Assembly (NCBI GenBank): GCA_965261595.1
Contig: CBDHDG010000004.1
Location: forward strand, 608,001 to 672,000
Source of the DNA: a bacterium
Lineage (GTDB): Bacteria; UBA8248; JACPRG01; G963555815
Reading direction: 5' to 3'
DNA length: 64,000 nucleotides
Position 1 is the stretch's first letter, and the number at the start of each line of letters is the position of its first letter. The notes under the pieces are model-generated. The model was not told the origin of the DNA. It saw only the letters and a list, made by a program, of their open reading frames with translations, and did not search any database. Below, piece after piece: positions 1 to 9,902 of the stretch. The position numbers and the translations under genes were made by a program.

Positions 1-279
1 CTCGGCGCGCCCCTGAATCAGAACGCCCTGATACTCATCGAACCTTTCACCGGAATCCACCGTAAAGGAGATTTGGGGGTTGCCCCGGATATTGGCGATC
101 TTTTTTCGGGGAACCCGCGTCGAAAAATGCACTTTCCCTTTCAGGAGGACGTACCACATGGGCACAACGTGCGGGAATCCGTCCGGGTCAATCGTTCCGA
201 GGCGGCCCGTTGTCCGTTCGGCGAGGAAAACCTGGATCTCTTCCTCGCTCCAAGTGTTGTAGACCTGAGAGTCGCGCAT
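1..279 (-). CDS. Pyridoxamine 5'-phosphate oxidase-like (FMN/F420-binding split barrel) protein, runs off window edge
   Basis: Manual translation from ATG 279 (GGAGG RBS): MRDSQVYNTWSEEEIQVFLAERTTGRLGTIDPDGFPHVVPMWY...KKIANIRGNPQISFTVDSGERFDEYQGVLIQGRAE; absent from the ORF track because no stop lies in the window. Confidence 0.8.
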   Translation of the reverse strand, partial: MRDSQVYNTWSEEEIQVFLAERTTGRLGTIDPDGFPHVVPMWYVLLKGKVHFSTRVPRKKIANIRGNPQISFTVDSGERFDEYQGVLIQGRAE

Positions 280-418
280 TCAATCTTCCTCCGAAGACCC
301 GTCTAGAAAAACCCGCACCGCCCGGCCCTTCCCCGACCGGGAACCGTGGTCCGGCCGCCCGCTTATCCCGACCCGGACATTTTCCTCGCAAGACATAGCC
401 GCTTTCCGCCGGGGCGCA

Positions 419-805
419 TCAAGGCAACGCGGCGACGGCCTCGATCTCCACGCACAGGTCCGGCGGAATCAGCCGCTTGACGGCGAAGGCGGAGCTGGCC
501 GGGGGGTCCTTTGGAAAGTATTCCGCCCGCACGGCGTTCATGTCCGCGTAGTCATCCGGGTCGGTCAGGAACACCGTCAGCTTGACGACGTTCTCCAGCG
601 ATCCCCCCGCCGCCTCCAGAACGGCCTTGATGTTCTCGAACGTCTGCCGGGTCTGGGCCGTTACGCTTCCATCGCCGGCCATCTTTCCCTGTGGATCCAA
701 GCCCACGGTCCCGGAGACGAAAACGAGGTTGCCGGTCTTGACGCCCAAAGAGTATGGGCCGACGGGGGCCGGCGCCCGGTCCGTCGTGATGACCTCCTTC
801 TCCAA
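419..805 (-). CDS. Rid (RidA/YjgF/UK114) family protein
   Basis: APAPVGPYS..VKTGNLVFVSG, QTRQTFENIKAVLEAAG, VEIEAVA; PASS in place of catalytic PARS. Confidence 0.9.
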   Translation of the reverse strand: MEKEVITTDRAPAPVGPYSLGVKTGNLVFVSGTVGLDPQGKMAGDGSVTAQTRQTFENIKAVLEAAGGSLENVVKLTVFLTDPDDYADMNAVRAEYFPKDPPASSAFAVKRLIPPDLCVEIEAVAALP

Positions 806-935
806 TTTGAAGCCCTCCTCATCGAAAGCGAATCAAAAATCCAATCGTCCGGCGCCCCGACGCGGGCGCCCCTCATCTCCGATCAACACGGCGGATGGAT
901 CTCGGTCCCGATTCGGACCGATCCCGCATCGCGCC

Positions 936-1778
936 TTATGATTCCCTCCCCTTCAGGAACCGGTAGAGTATCCGCACGCTGACCGCCTCCACCCGATCAT
1001 GAACGTCTTTGTAATCCTCGTCCAGGACGCAGAGGTCCCGGTACTTCACCGAATCCGCCGCCTCGTCTTCCGACAGCCCCCGGCCGATGGCCGAGCGAAC
1101 CCGGTCGAGGACCTCCCGCGTCGTCTCCTCCATGCGGTCGATCCACTCCTTCCCGCACACGGGGCCGTGGCCGGGGACGACAACATCGGCGTCCACCCCC
1201 CTGAGTCGGTCCAGAGAAGCAAGACAATCGAACGGATCGGCGTCCTGCCACCAGACCATATGGTCGACAAACAAGTTGTCCGTGGCAAAGAGCACCCCTC
1301 GGCCGGGCAGATGGACGGCCGTCTCCCCTGAGGTGTGGCCGGGCGTATGAAGGAGCCGGATCTCCTCGCCCCCGACGTACAGGGTCGCGTCGCCGGAGAA
1401 GGTGACCTCGGGCGCGCGGGGCTTGTAGTTCCCCGCGATGGAGACCCCCTCCGGGTCGGCCTCCGCGATCCACGGGCCGACGCCGTCGATGCCGAACCCC
1501 CAAAGGGGGGACTTGTTATGGAAGTTCCGCAGGGTTTCCTCGTGGGCGACAATCTTTCCCTCGAAAAATGGGTTTCCCATCGTGTGGTCCCAGTGGGGCT
1601 CGGTGTTGATAAGCCACTTCACCGGGCCGTGCGCGGCGATGGCCTCCTTCCACCCACCCCACGCGGTGGGCTTTTGAGGCGTATCCACCATCACGACGCC
1701 GTCCCGCGTTACGATGAATCCCGGATTGCAGCCGAAGATGTTTGTCTCGGCAAAAACGCCATTTGCCACCTCTTCCAT
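936..1778 (-). CDS. MBL-fold metallo-hydrolase (cyclase-like)
   Basis: INTEPHWDHTMGN, PGHT, VVPGHG motifs; start placed at MEEVANG. Confidence 0.85.
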   Translation of the reverse strand: MEEVANGVFAETNIFGCNPGFIVTRDGVVMVDTPQKPTAWGGWKEAIAAHGPVKWLINTEPHWDHTMGNPFFEGKIVAHEETLRNFHNKSPLWGFGIDGVGPWIAEADPEGVSIAGNYKPRAPEVTFSGDATLYVGGEEIRLLHTPGHTSGETAVHLPGRGVLFATDNLFVDHMVWWQDADPFDCLASLDRLRGVDADVVVPGHGPVCGKEWIDRMEETTREVLDRVRSAIGRGLSEDEAADSVKYRDLCVLDEDYKDVHDRVEAVSVRILYRFLKGRES

Positions 1779-1851
1779 ATGAATTTCCTTCCTGACCTCG
1801 CGCGCCCCCTCCCCAGGGCCGGGAGCCGCGTTCCATCCGGGCCGCCGGAGC

Positions 1852-3117
1852 TCAGCCGCTTTCCACAATGGCGACGGCCTCGGTCATAAGGGCGCAATCG
1901 GGAACAATCAGCGCCCCCGTTCCGATGGTTGTGCTGGCGGGAGGATTTTTTCCGTAGACCTCCGCGCGCGCCACCAGGGCCTCGGACAGATCGCCCAGGT
2001 CCGTATGATACGTCCAGGTCTTGACGACGCTTTCGATACTGCTCCCGGCCGCTTCCAGGAGTTTCCCGAGGGCATCCAGACAGTAACGCATCTGGGTCTC
2101 TCCTCGGGTGCGGTAGTGGGGGAAGTTGGGATCGATCCGGGCCTCGGGTGAAACGCCCGTCTTGTAGTCGGTGGGGAGGATCTCGCTTGTGAAAATCCAA
2201 TCCCCCACCCGCAGCGCCTGGGGCTGATGCAGGGACGGCTCGGGAATCGCCTCCGTCTCCACGACGTCCACTTTCAATTTAGAATCGCCCGCGAGGGCGA
2301 TCACGTCCACCTCGATGAGCATGCCCGGGTTGACGAGCCCTCCCTGGTAGGTCGAGCGCGCGGGCGGATTTTTCGGAAACCGGTGCCGCCACACGCGGTC
2401 AAAGCCGTAGAAGTCCCGGATATCGGTCAGCGTCACCTGGGCCTTGACGACGCGGTCCAGACCGCTCCCGGCATCCTCGAGGATCCCGGCGATCGTGTCG
2501 AGAACGAACTCCGTCTGTTTTTCGATGGGAGACTCGAAGAGCGGAAAGGCCGGATTTGTCCGGGCCTCGGGGGCGACGCCCGTCCGGAAGTCGCTGGCCA
2601 GGACGCCGGAAAGGAACCAGAAATCACCGACCCGGACACCCTGAGAATACGAGGCCAGGGGGCTCGGCGCCCGATCCGTGCTGAAATACTCGGGCTCGAC
2701 GGTTTGATCGGCCCCGATGACATCGACGACCATCTTGCAGCCGGGCATCGGCGGAAGGGCCTCGATGGCCGTGCTGGCCGGGGGAGGCCCGGTCAGCCGC
2801 TTGCGCCGTATGGCCAAGTGTGACGCGAAGTCGTCCATCGTCTCGTTGAACGTCTGTATCTTCACCATACGCTCCAGAGACGACCCCGACGCCTCGAGAA
2901 TTGTTGAGAGGTTGTCAAAAATGTAGTCGGTCTGAAGGCGCATCGGCGACTGCAACGTCGGGAATTCAGGGTTTCCCAGGGCCCGCGGCGCAATCAGCCG
3001 CTTGAAGTCCGACGCCACATTGCCCGAAAGGAAGACCAATCCGCCCGCCTTGACCGCCTGGGCGTACGGCGCCGTGGGAAGCGGAACTTTGTCCGTGACG
3101 ACAACCTCTTTTTTCAT
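1852..3117 (-). CDS. Tandem three-domain Rid family protein
   Basis: Three successive ~140-aa Rid repeats (PYAQAVKAGGLVFLSG / SYSQGVRVGDFWFLSG / QPQALRVGDWIFTS), each with a PPA(S/R)(T/S) motif. Confidence 0.85.
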   Translation of the reverse strand: MKKEVVVTDKVPLPTAPYAQAVKAGGLVFLSGNVASDFKRLIAPRALGNPEFPTLQSPMRLQTDYIFDNLSTILEASGSSLERMVKIQTFNETMDDFASHLAIRRKRLTGPPPASTAIEALPPMPGCKMVVDVIGADQTVEPEYFSTDRAPSPLASYSQGVRVGDFWFLSGVLASDFRTGVAPEARTNPAFPLFESPIEKQTEFVLDTIAGILEDAGSGLDRVVKAQVTLTDIRDFYGFDRVWRHRFPKNPPARSTYQGGLVNPGMLIEVDVIALAGDSKLKVDVVETEAIPEPSLHQPQALRVGDWIFTSEILPTDYKTGVSPEARIDPNFPHYRTRGETQMRYCLDALGKLLEAAGSSIESVVKTWTYHTDLGDLSEALVARAEVYGKNPPASTTIGTGALIVPDCALMTEAVAIVESG

Positions 3118-3303
3118 GTCATGCCCTTTGTGTCCAGCAAGCTGAATAGCCAAGCAACCCCACGCCACCTCTTGGGCTTGAATCAAATTGTTTACCCAGG
3201 TGGATTGACCCTTCGTTCAGAACAACAGCCACAGCGGTTAAAGAAGGATGCCATCGATGGGCACAACCCAACCGTGTAGCCTAATCAACCTCCACCCCAG
3301 TAA

Positions 3304-3383
3304 GGCCAAGCCATAGGCTTGGCCGCAGAAAGTTTTTCCGGGGGGGTCCGGGGGGGGGGGGGTTCAAAAAAGCCCCCCCCTGG
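3304..3383. repeat. Intergenic palindromic REP-like element
   Basis: GGCCAAGCC-ATA-GGCTTGGCC hairpin followed by a G-tract/TTCAAAAAAG/C-tract stem-loop. Confidence 0.45.
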
Positions 3384-3410
3384 CGATTGTTTCACTCAGT
3401 CGGTTTTTCC

Positions 3411-3848
3411 TCATGTCCCGTCGTCGATCACCGCGATGGCGCGCACCTCGATTTTACACCGCGAGTCCGTGGCCAGGCAGGTGACGCCGACCGTCGTCGA
3501 CGTGGGCGGGTGGTTTGGGAAAAATTTCGCCTGCGCCGCGTTGGCCTTGTCCTGCTCATCCATCGTCACGATAAACCGGCAGACGTCGACGATGTCGTTC
3601 ATCGTCCCCCCGGCCCCCTCGACGGTCTTCTTGATGTTTTCGAAAGTGATGGCCGTCTGTTCCCCCATGTCCTCGGGAATTCCCTCGAACTCTTCCGGGA
3701 TGTGCGGATGGGTGTGATAGACCGGGGCGGCGGTGCAGCCCGCAATGAAGAGGATCTTCCCCAGGTTGACCTTGATCCCCGGCGCGTAAGGCATCCATAC
3801 GTCTTTCCGGGCATCCGGGTGGTGAATGACTTCGACATCTCTCGCCAT
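3411..3848 (-). CDS. Rid family protein with His-rich insertion
   Basis: MPYAPGIKV..ILFIAG, QTAITFENIKKTVEGAG, PTSTTVGV, KIEVRAIA; YHTHPH insert. Confidence 0.85.
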   Translation of the reverse strand: MARDVEVIHHPDARKDVWMPYAPGIKVNLGKILFIAGCTAAPVYHTHPHIPEEFEGIPEDMGEQTAITFENIKKTVEGAGGTMNDIVDVCRFIVTMDEQDKANAAQAKFFPNHPPTSTTVGVTCLATDSRCKIEVRAIAVIDDGT

Positions 3849-4063
3849 CGCGGTTGACCTCCGTTGAATCAGTGGAACGGCTCGTGCGGCAGGAGACAGC
3901 CTCTGCGTCTCATAACCCGAGCGAGACCCTGGTTGAATCGGGCACGGGAGGATGTAGTATGGTGGAAACGGGGCAAAATCACGAACACCGAATCAAAGAT
4001 TTCAACTCATTGGCTCTGACCAGGGAAACGGTGCGGTGCAATTTCGTAAAAGGAATCAGCGGA

Positions 4064-5026
4064 ATGATCGAGAGTGATCTCTGGCCGGCGCTGCGCGATT
4101 ACTGGCACCCGGCGGCGTTTTTCGAAGAGGTGTGCGACAAGCCCTTGGCCGTCAGGCTCCTGGACGAGCCGATCGCCGTCTGCCGGGTCGGAGACCGCTT
4201 GGCGGCGTTTCACGACCTTTGCATTCACCGGGGGACGCCCCTCTCCCTGGGGTGGGTGGAGGGCGACAGCATCATCTGCGCCTACCATGGCTGGGCCTAC
4301 GGGGTGAACGGAAAGTGCGTCCGGATCCCCTCGATTCCGCCGGAGCATCCCATCCCCAAAAAGGCCTGCCTGACAACCTATCTCGCCCAAGAAAAATACG
4401 GAATCGTGTGGGTGTGCCTGTCGGACAAACCCCGCGCGCCCATTCCGGATTTCTCGCCGATCGAGGACCCGGGCTTCCGCCTGGTCGTCCATGACAAAAG
4501 GCCCTGGAAGTGCAGCGCGGCCCGGACCATCGAGAATTTCCTCGATTTCTCTCATTTCCCTTGGGTGCACGAGGGAATCCTGGGAGATCGGGCGAACCCC
4601 CGGACGCCCGACGTAACGACCGAGCGGGACGACGAGACCATCCGTTTCACGATTGGGAACGAGCCCGATGGACTCCACAGCGCTTCCTATCAACGCTACT
4701 ACTGGGTCACCCGGCCTTTCGCATGTCACATCGGGCGGGTCGAGGCGGATGGGCGGGCGGAGCGTCTGTATTTCGCATGCACCCCGCATTCGGCGCGCGA
4801 GTGCACGCGATTTACGCTGATAGGCCGGAACTACGAGCCCGGCCCATCAGACGGCGCGCGGATCGAGGACGTGGAAGACCTGGTGGCCGAACAGGACCGC
4901 GTCATCGTCGAGAACCAGCGGCCGGAGGAGCTGCCGCTGGACCTATCCGAAGAGCTCCACGTGAAAGGCCCGGACACAGCGTCTATCGAATACCGGCGGA
5001 TGATGAAGGCGTTGGGGGTAGAATAG
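4064..5026 (+). CDS. Rieske non-heme iron oxygenase alpha subunit (VanA/NdmA-like O-/N-demethylase family)
   Basis: CIHRG...CAYHGW Rieske motif; ENFLDFSHFPWVH iron site; C-terminal QDRVIVENQRPEELPLD. Confidence 0.9.
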   Translation: MIESDLWPALRDYWHPAAFFEEVCDKPLAVRLLDEPIAVCRVGDRLAAFHDLCIHRGTPLSLGWVEGDSIICAYHGWAYGVNGKCVRIPSIPPEHPIPKKACLTTYLAQEKYGIVWVCLSDKPRAPIPDFSPIEDPGFRLVVHDKRPWKCSAARTIENFLDFSHFPWVHEGILGDRANPRTPDVTTERDDETIRFTIGNEPDGLHSASYQRYYWVTRPFACHIGRVEADGRAERLYFACTPHSARECTRFTLIGRNYEPGPSDGARIEDVEDLVAEQDRVIVENQRPEELPLDLSEELHVKGPDTASIEYRRMMKALGVE

Positions 5027-5141
5027 GACGCGGCGGGCGCCGGCCGCGCGCACCTTGAAATGGCGGGGAGAGGTAGGCTAAATTCATCCTGCGCCCCCAA
5101 CAGGGCCTTATCCGCAAAATTGTCTTTATTGGAGAAACACG

Positions 5142-6014
5142 ATGACGACAAAACCGTTTCGGTTTGTGAATGAAGACACGGTTTTCACCCTCCCCTGGGA
5201 AGTGGGCATTCTCGAAGGGTTATTCGAGAAAGAGGGCATCGAGGTCGAAATCGCCGAGAAGAATCCCTCCAACGTCGCGCCCGAGCTTTTCGGCCGCAAC
5301 AAAGAGGTCCTTTTCGAAGGCGGGGGCCTGGACGCCTACAACGTCTGCGAATGGGGGGCCATCAAGCGAACCGCGACGGAGGGCCATCGGCCGTCCCGCA
5401 TCCTGAACCTCCGGGAATCGATCACCGTCATGGGAATCGTGGCCGGAAAGGACACCGGGATCACGCATCCCGAGGACCTGGCGGGCGTCCCCGTCGCCGT
5501 TCAGATGCACACCGGCTCTCATTACATGGTCCTCAAGCTGCTCCAGGGGTTCCTGCCTAAGGAGGATATCCAGGTCATCCAAATTGGCGGCCCCGCCAAG
5601 CGGCTTCGCGCCCTGCTCGAGGGCAAGGTCAAGGCGGCCGCCGTGATGGAGCCTTTTCTCAGCTTCGCCGAGATGGAGGGGAACCTGATCTCGATGGCCT
5701 ACTACAACGGCATGGTCGTGGCCGGGGAAGGCTACGACGCCGAGACCATGAGGAAGATCCAGGGGATCCTCCGCCAGGCCGTCGATCTCATCAACCTGGA
5801 CAAGCGGAAATACGCCCACCTGCTCCTGAACGATCTGCCCGAAGACCTTCGTCCCCAAATGACCCTGGATGACCTCCACATCGAGCGCCTGCGCTATGTA
5901 TACCCACGCCCTTACCCGCGGGACCGGTATGAGATGCAGGCTCGTTGGATGAAGGAATGGGGGCTTTTGGACGAAGGCGCCAAGCCCGAAATGGTCTTGA
6001 CGGCTTCCTGCTGA
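5142..6014 (+). CDS. ABC transporter substrate-binding protein, NitT/TauT/THI5-like
   Basis: GLFEKEGIEVE, ITHPEDLAGVPVAV, ALLEGKVKAA..EP pattern; no obvious signal peptide. Confidence 0.75.
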   Translation: MTTKPFRFVNEDTVFTLPWEVGILEGLFEKEGIEVEIAEKNPSNVAPELFGRNKEVLFEGGGLDAYNVCEWGAIKRTATEGHRPSRILNLRESITVMGIVAGKDTGITHPEDLAGVPVAVQMHTGSHYMVLKLLQGFLPKEDIQVIQIGGPAKRLRALLEGKVKAAAVMEPFLSFAEMEGNLISMAYYNGMVVAGEGYDAETMRKIQGILRQAVDLINLDKRKYAHLLLNDLPEDLRPQMTLDDLHIERLRYVYPRPYPRDRYEMQARWMKEWGLLDEGAKPEMVLTASC

Positions 6015-6101
6015 TCGGAATGGACGGGGGGAATGATAAACCCCCTCGCTCGGATTAACCCGGCGTCAAAGACCGCCTCCAAATCACAAGGAGTGATTTC
6101 C

Positions 6102-6923
6102 ATGCCCACGGCGGAAGTGAAAGAAGCCCTCGCAAGCTTCATCCAGAGCGGCGACACCTTCGACTTTGTCGACATGACCCAGCGCTGGCACAACCGGGTC
6201 CCGACGTGGCCCTACTTCCCGTCCTCGGAAATCCGGAATTTCCACAGCCACCACAAGGACGGGCTTTGCAGCCTCATCATCGAAACCAACATGCACTCGG
6301 GCACCCACATCGACGCCCCTCTCCACTTCAACGCCGGCGGGTGGGACTTGGCGGACATGCCCCTGGATCGCTGCCAAGGCTCCGCCCTCGTCGTAGACCT
6401 GAGCCACGAGGTCGAGGAGTGGACGTACATCAACCGAGAAATGATCGAGCGGAACATCCCGGAAGGCGAGGCCCTTCGAGAGAACGACATCCTGATCCTC
6501 TATTTCAACTGGAAGCGCTTCAACTGGGAAGGGACCGAGCGCAACGAGCAAACCTTCTTCTGCAAGCACCCCGGACCGGACCCCAGCGTCACGGACTGGT
6601 TGATCGAAAAGCGCGTCAAGTGGGTCGCCAGCGACGCCCCGGCCTTCGAACACCCCTGGAACCTGATGATCAAAAACTACCGCCCGGACCTCGTCCGCGA
6701 GTGGGAGCAAAAGACCGGCCTGAAGCTGGACGACGTCCACCTCGAAGACCACTACCTCCATTGCCACCGCCGGATGATGAAAGAAAATCTGATGCACGTG
6801 GACAACGTCGGCGGGGACGTGGACAAGGTGGTCGGCAAACGGATCTACGGCATGGCCCTCCCCTGGCGGTTCGTAGGCGGCGAGGCCTGCATCTGCCGGC
6901 TGGTGGGATTGGTCGGGGGTTGA
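6102..6923 (+). CDS. Cyclase / kynurenine formamidase-like metallohydrolase
   Basis: HSGTHIDAPLHF motif; AGGAG RBS before ATG 6102. Confidence 0.88.
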   Translation: MPTAEVKEALASFIQSGDTFDFVDMTQRWHNRVPTWPYFPSSEIRNFHSHHKDGLCSLIIETNMHSGTHIDAPLHFNAGGWDLADMPLDRCQGSALVVDLSHEVEEWTYINREMIERNIPEGEALRENDILILYFNWKRFNWEGTERNEQTFFCKHPGPDPSVTDWLIEKRVKWVASDAPAFEHPWNLMIKNYRPDLVREWEQKTGLKLDDVHLEDHYLHCHRRMMKENLMHVDNVGGDVDKVVGKRIYGMALPWRFVGGEACICRLVGLVGG

Positions 6924-6984
6924 GCCGGCGGGACCCCGGCCCCAAACGCCCGCGGCTCCTACACCCTGAACGGGAGAGCAATGG

Positions 6985-8106
6985 ATGACAACCCGGACGA
7001 ACATCCCCTCCACCATGGAGGCCGTCCGCCTCCATGGGGTCGATGATTTCCGCGTCGAGGAGATTCCGACGCCCGAGCCCGGCCTGCGCGAAGTCCTGTG
7101 CCGCGTGGAAGCGGTCACCATCTGCGGCACGGACATCGCCATCATCAAAGGCCATCACCAGCAGTGGGCGAAGGACCTGCCCCTGACCCTCGGCCACGAG
7201 TGGGCCGGCCGGGTGGTCGCGCTGGGCGAGGGATCCGAGGGCTTCGGCTTCCACCTGGGCGATCCCGTTTGCGGCACTTCCCACAGCGGCTGCGGGTTTT
7301 GCCGGATGTGCCTCATCGGCCGGTACAACCTTTGCGTCAACTACGGCCATCCGGAGCTGGGCCACCGCCAGTACGGCCATGTGAGCGACGGGGCCTACGC
7401 CGAGTACATGGTCAACACCCTCAAGACCATCCACAAGATCCCCGAAGACATGCCCTTCGAGATTGCGGCCAACGTGGACCCGGCCGCCATCGGCCTTCAC
7501 TCGGTGAAGCGGACCGGGATTCATCCCGGCGAGACCGTGGTCGTCCTGGGTCCAGGCCCGGTGGGGTTTTTCGCCTTCCAGTGCGCCTTCGCCCTGGGGG
7601 CGGGGCGCGTCATCATGGTGGGTTCCGGCGAGCGCCTCGCCAAGGCCGCCGAGATGGGCGCCGAGACGGTGAACTACCGGGAGACCGATCCCGTCCAGGC
7701 CGTCCGCGACCTGACCGGCGGCTGGGGGGCGGATGTCGTCGTAGACTGCGCGGCGACGAAAGACTCCCTGGTCCAGGCCATCGACATGACTTGCAAGGGG
7801 GGCCGCGTCGCGTACACGGGGATCCCCACTGAGGCGCCGGTCCTCAACTACCGCAAGCTCATTCTCGAAGAGGTGGACGTTTACGGCGTCCGCGCCAACC
7901 CCAACGCCGCTGTGGAGACCATCCCGCTCTTCCACCGGGGGGCGATCCGAGCCGAGCCGTTGATCACCCATCGCTTCCCCCTCAAGGAATACCGGGAGGC
8001 GTATGACACCTTTGTCGAACGACGGGACGGAGCCATTCTCGTCAGTCTGAGACCGGGCGCGGAGGGGTCGGGGGAAACGGCCGGAACGGCGCAATCGAAA
8101 GGGTGA
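6985..8106 (+). CDS. Zinc-binding alcohol dehydrogenase (MDR family)
   Basis: ICGTD, GHEWAG, CGFCRMC..C structural Zn site, GPGPVG Rossmann motif. Confidence 0.92.
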   Translation: MTTRTNIPSTMEAVRLHGVDDFRVEEIPTPEPGLREVLCRVEAVTICGTDIAIIKGHHQQWAKDLPLTLGHEWAGRVVALGEGSEGFGFHLGDPVCGTSHSGCGFCRMCLIGRYNLCVNYGHPELGHRQYGHVSDGAYAEYMVNTLKTIHKIPEDMPFEIAANVDPAAIGLHSVKRTGIHPGETVVVLGPGPVGFFAFQCAFALGAGRVIMVGSGERLAKAAEMGAETVNYRETDPVQAVRDLTGGWGADVVVDCAATKDSLVQAIDMTCKGGRVAYTGIPTEAPVLNYRKLILEEVDVYGVRANPNAAVETIPLFHRGAIRAEPLITHRFPLKEYREAYDTFVERRDGAILVSLRPGAEGSGETAGTAQSKG

Positions 8107-8261
8107 TTCCGCACCGCCGGGGGGGGAGGGGAAAGACCATTACCGCGAACCACACAAAAATCCGCATTGAAGGCGCGACAAAGAGCTTTCTCAGCGGCTC
8201 CGTGGTGGCCTTTGAGAACCTCACCCTGGATGTCCGGACCGAAGAGATCATCTGCATCCTC
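8103..8261 (+). pseudogene. N-terminal fragment of an ABC transporter ATP-binding protein, cut by IS256
   Basis: KIRIEGATKSF...VVAFENLTLDVRTEEIICIL ends immediately before the expected Walker A, at the IS256 terminus. Confidence 0.75.
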
Positions 8262-9704
8262 GAGGGTGTCCAGAATTCAGTTGAAGGTTTGAGGCGGCGG
8301 TCCGTGTGCGGTTCACCTTATGCGACCTCCTCTCGGGTGTCAAAGCGGGGCTCGTCCAGAACGGCCTTCAGGATCCACAGGTCCCGGTAGCCGTCCAGGC
8401 GACGGAAGTTCTTCTCGGTGGCGAGGAAGGCGGAAGCGGCCCACCTTTTCACCATCGCCCCGTCCCGCCAGCGGCCGACGCGCCGGGTGCGCATCCGCAC
8501 CCCCGAACAGGGACTCTCGATCAGGTTCGTGCTCACCAGGCAGCGCCGAAGGCCGGGCGGAAGAGCCAAGCGGTTGACGGTGAAGATCTCCTCCAGACCC
8601 TCCAAAAGGCTGGCGGCCGCGTCCGGATGCTCGATCTGAAGCCACCGGGCCTGCTTGCGCAGACGGGCAATCCCCTCCTTCGGCGCCAGCCGCCAGGCCG
8701 CCTTCATCGTCGCCTTCACCGGGTCCTTCAACTCCTCGGGCAGGTGGTCCATCACGTTCTTCACCTTGTGGTTGCGGCACCGCTGCACCGGATTGTCGTC
8801 CCCGTACACCCGGTCAATCGCCGCACGAAGCGCCCTCGAGCCGTCGATGACGAAAAGCCGACGCCGCCCGGGCCGCACGCCGCGCTCCACCAACTCCTCA
8901 AGAAGCGCCGTCACGACCGTGGCGTTCTCGGTGGCGCCCGACCTCAGGCCCAGAACGTGCTTTTGGCCCCGTGTGTCCACCCCAACGGCCACGATGACGT
9001 GATGCGCGCCGAAGCGCAGACCGTCCAGGTAGAGGATGAGGAGGTCGATGTCGTCAAAACGCCGCTCACAAAGACGCCGCAGCTCCACCTCGACCGCCTC
9101 GATGCTCTCCCGGCTCACGGCCGACTTCGACACCCTCACCGTCTCGGCCAGCTCGGGAAGAACGGCCGCGTAGTTCCGCGTCGAGACCCCTCGCATCAGC
9201 AAATCCAGCATCCGCTCCCCCAGCCCGGGGTCGGCCTGCATGGCCGCATACGCCAGCACCTCCACCTCCCCGCCCCGACCCTGGCCCCGGCGGCGAAGCC
9301 GCGGCTTTCTCACCTTCAGCTTGCACCCCTTCAGGGTCACCCGGCCCCCCTGGCTGCCGTGCCGGCGGACCTCGCCACCCCGCTTGCCTGGATGCGGCGC
9401 GCCCGTCAAGCCCTTGGCCGACAGCAAAAGCACGGCCTCCAGGCCCGCCCGGCCCATGACGTCCATCAGGTCCTCCACCGCCAGTTGGGACTGCTCCACC
9501 AGCGACACCAGAGGAAAAAACGCCTGCCCATGCTCCGCCACAAAGGCGGCCAACCTTTGGGTCTCTTTCTTCTCGATGATCTGGTAAGCTTCACTCATGG
9601 CGGTTCCTCCTCTTTGAATGTTTGCCAACCCGATTCTAACCGAGTCGGCAGGAGTGAACCGCCACCTCTTTTTCTCAACCTTCAACTATGAATGGGACAG
9701 GCTC
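8262..9704 (-). mobile_element. IS256-family insertion sequence
   Basis: Imperfect terminal IRs GAGGGTGTCCAGAATTCAGTTGAAGGTT / GAGCCTGTCCCATTCATAGTTGAAGGTT; no matching target duplication. Confidence 0.9.
8318..9598 (-). CDS. IS256 family transposase
   Basis: GVSTRNY, LYLDG, VIDGSRAL, QRCRNHK, STNLIES motifs; GAGGAGG RBS. Confidence 0.93.
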   Translation of the reverse strand: MSEAYQIIEKKETQRLAAFVAEHGQAFFPLVSLVEQSQLAVEDLMDVMGRAGLEAVLLLSAKGLTGAPHPGKRGGEVRRHGSQGGRVTLKGCKLKVRKPRLRRRGQGRGGEVEVLAYAAMQADPGLGERMLDLLMRGVSTRNYAAVLPELAETVRVSKSAVSRESIEAVEVELRRLCERRFDDIDLLILYLDGLRFGAHHVIVAVGVDTRGQKHVLGLRSGATENATVVTALLEELVERGVRPGRRRLFVIDGSRALRAAIDRVYGDDNPVQRCRNHKVKNVMDHLPEELKDPVKATMKAAWRLAPKEGIARLRKQARWLQIEHPDAAASLLEGLEEIFTVNRLALPPGLRRCLVSTNLIESPCSGVRMRTRRVGRWRDGAMVKRWAASAFLATEKNFRRLDGYRDLWILKAVLDEPRFDTREEVA

Positions 9705-9768
9705 CGACACCCCTTTCTCCATGAATCATGGATCAATCGAGTGTCCAACAAAACCCTAGAGCGGGGGA
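9705..9768 (-). mobile_element. 64-bp left-end remnant of the IS3-family element found intact at 54021-55424
   Basis: Exact reverse complement of 54021-54084. Confidence 0.9.
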
Positions 9769-9902
9769 TCCTGGCGTTATCCACCTATCTCGGTCACGTC
9801 AGCATGGCCTCGACCTACTGGTATCTGGAAGCCACGCCCGTCCTGCTCCGGGAGATCGCCCGCGCTGCTGAAAACACACATGTGGGGAGGATCTTGAGAT
9901 GA
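9769..9902 (+). pseudogene. C-terminal fragment of RitB-like tyrosine recombinase
   Basis: LALSTYLGHVSMASTYWYLEATPVLL. Confidence 0.8.

Noticed and set aside
6003..6040. SBP ending in Cys-TGA as a possible C-terminal Sec
   Set aside because: No convincing SECIS-like hairpin, and the protein is already full length
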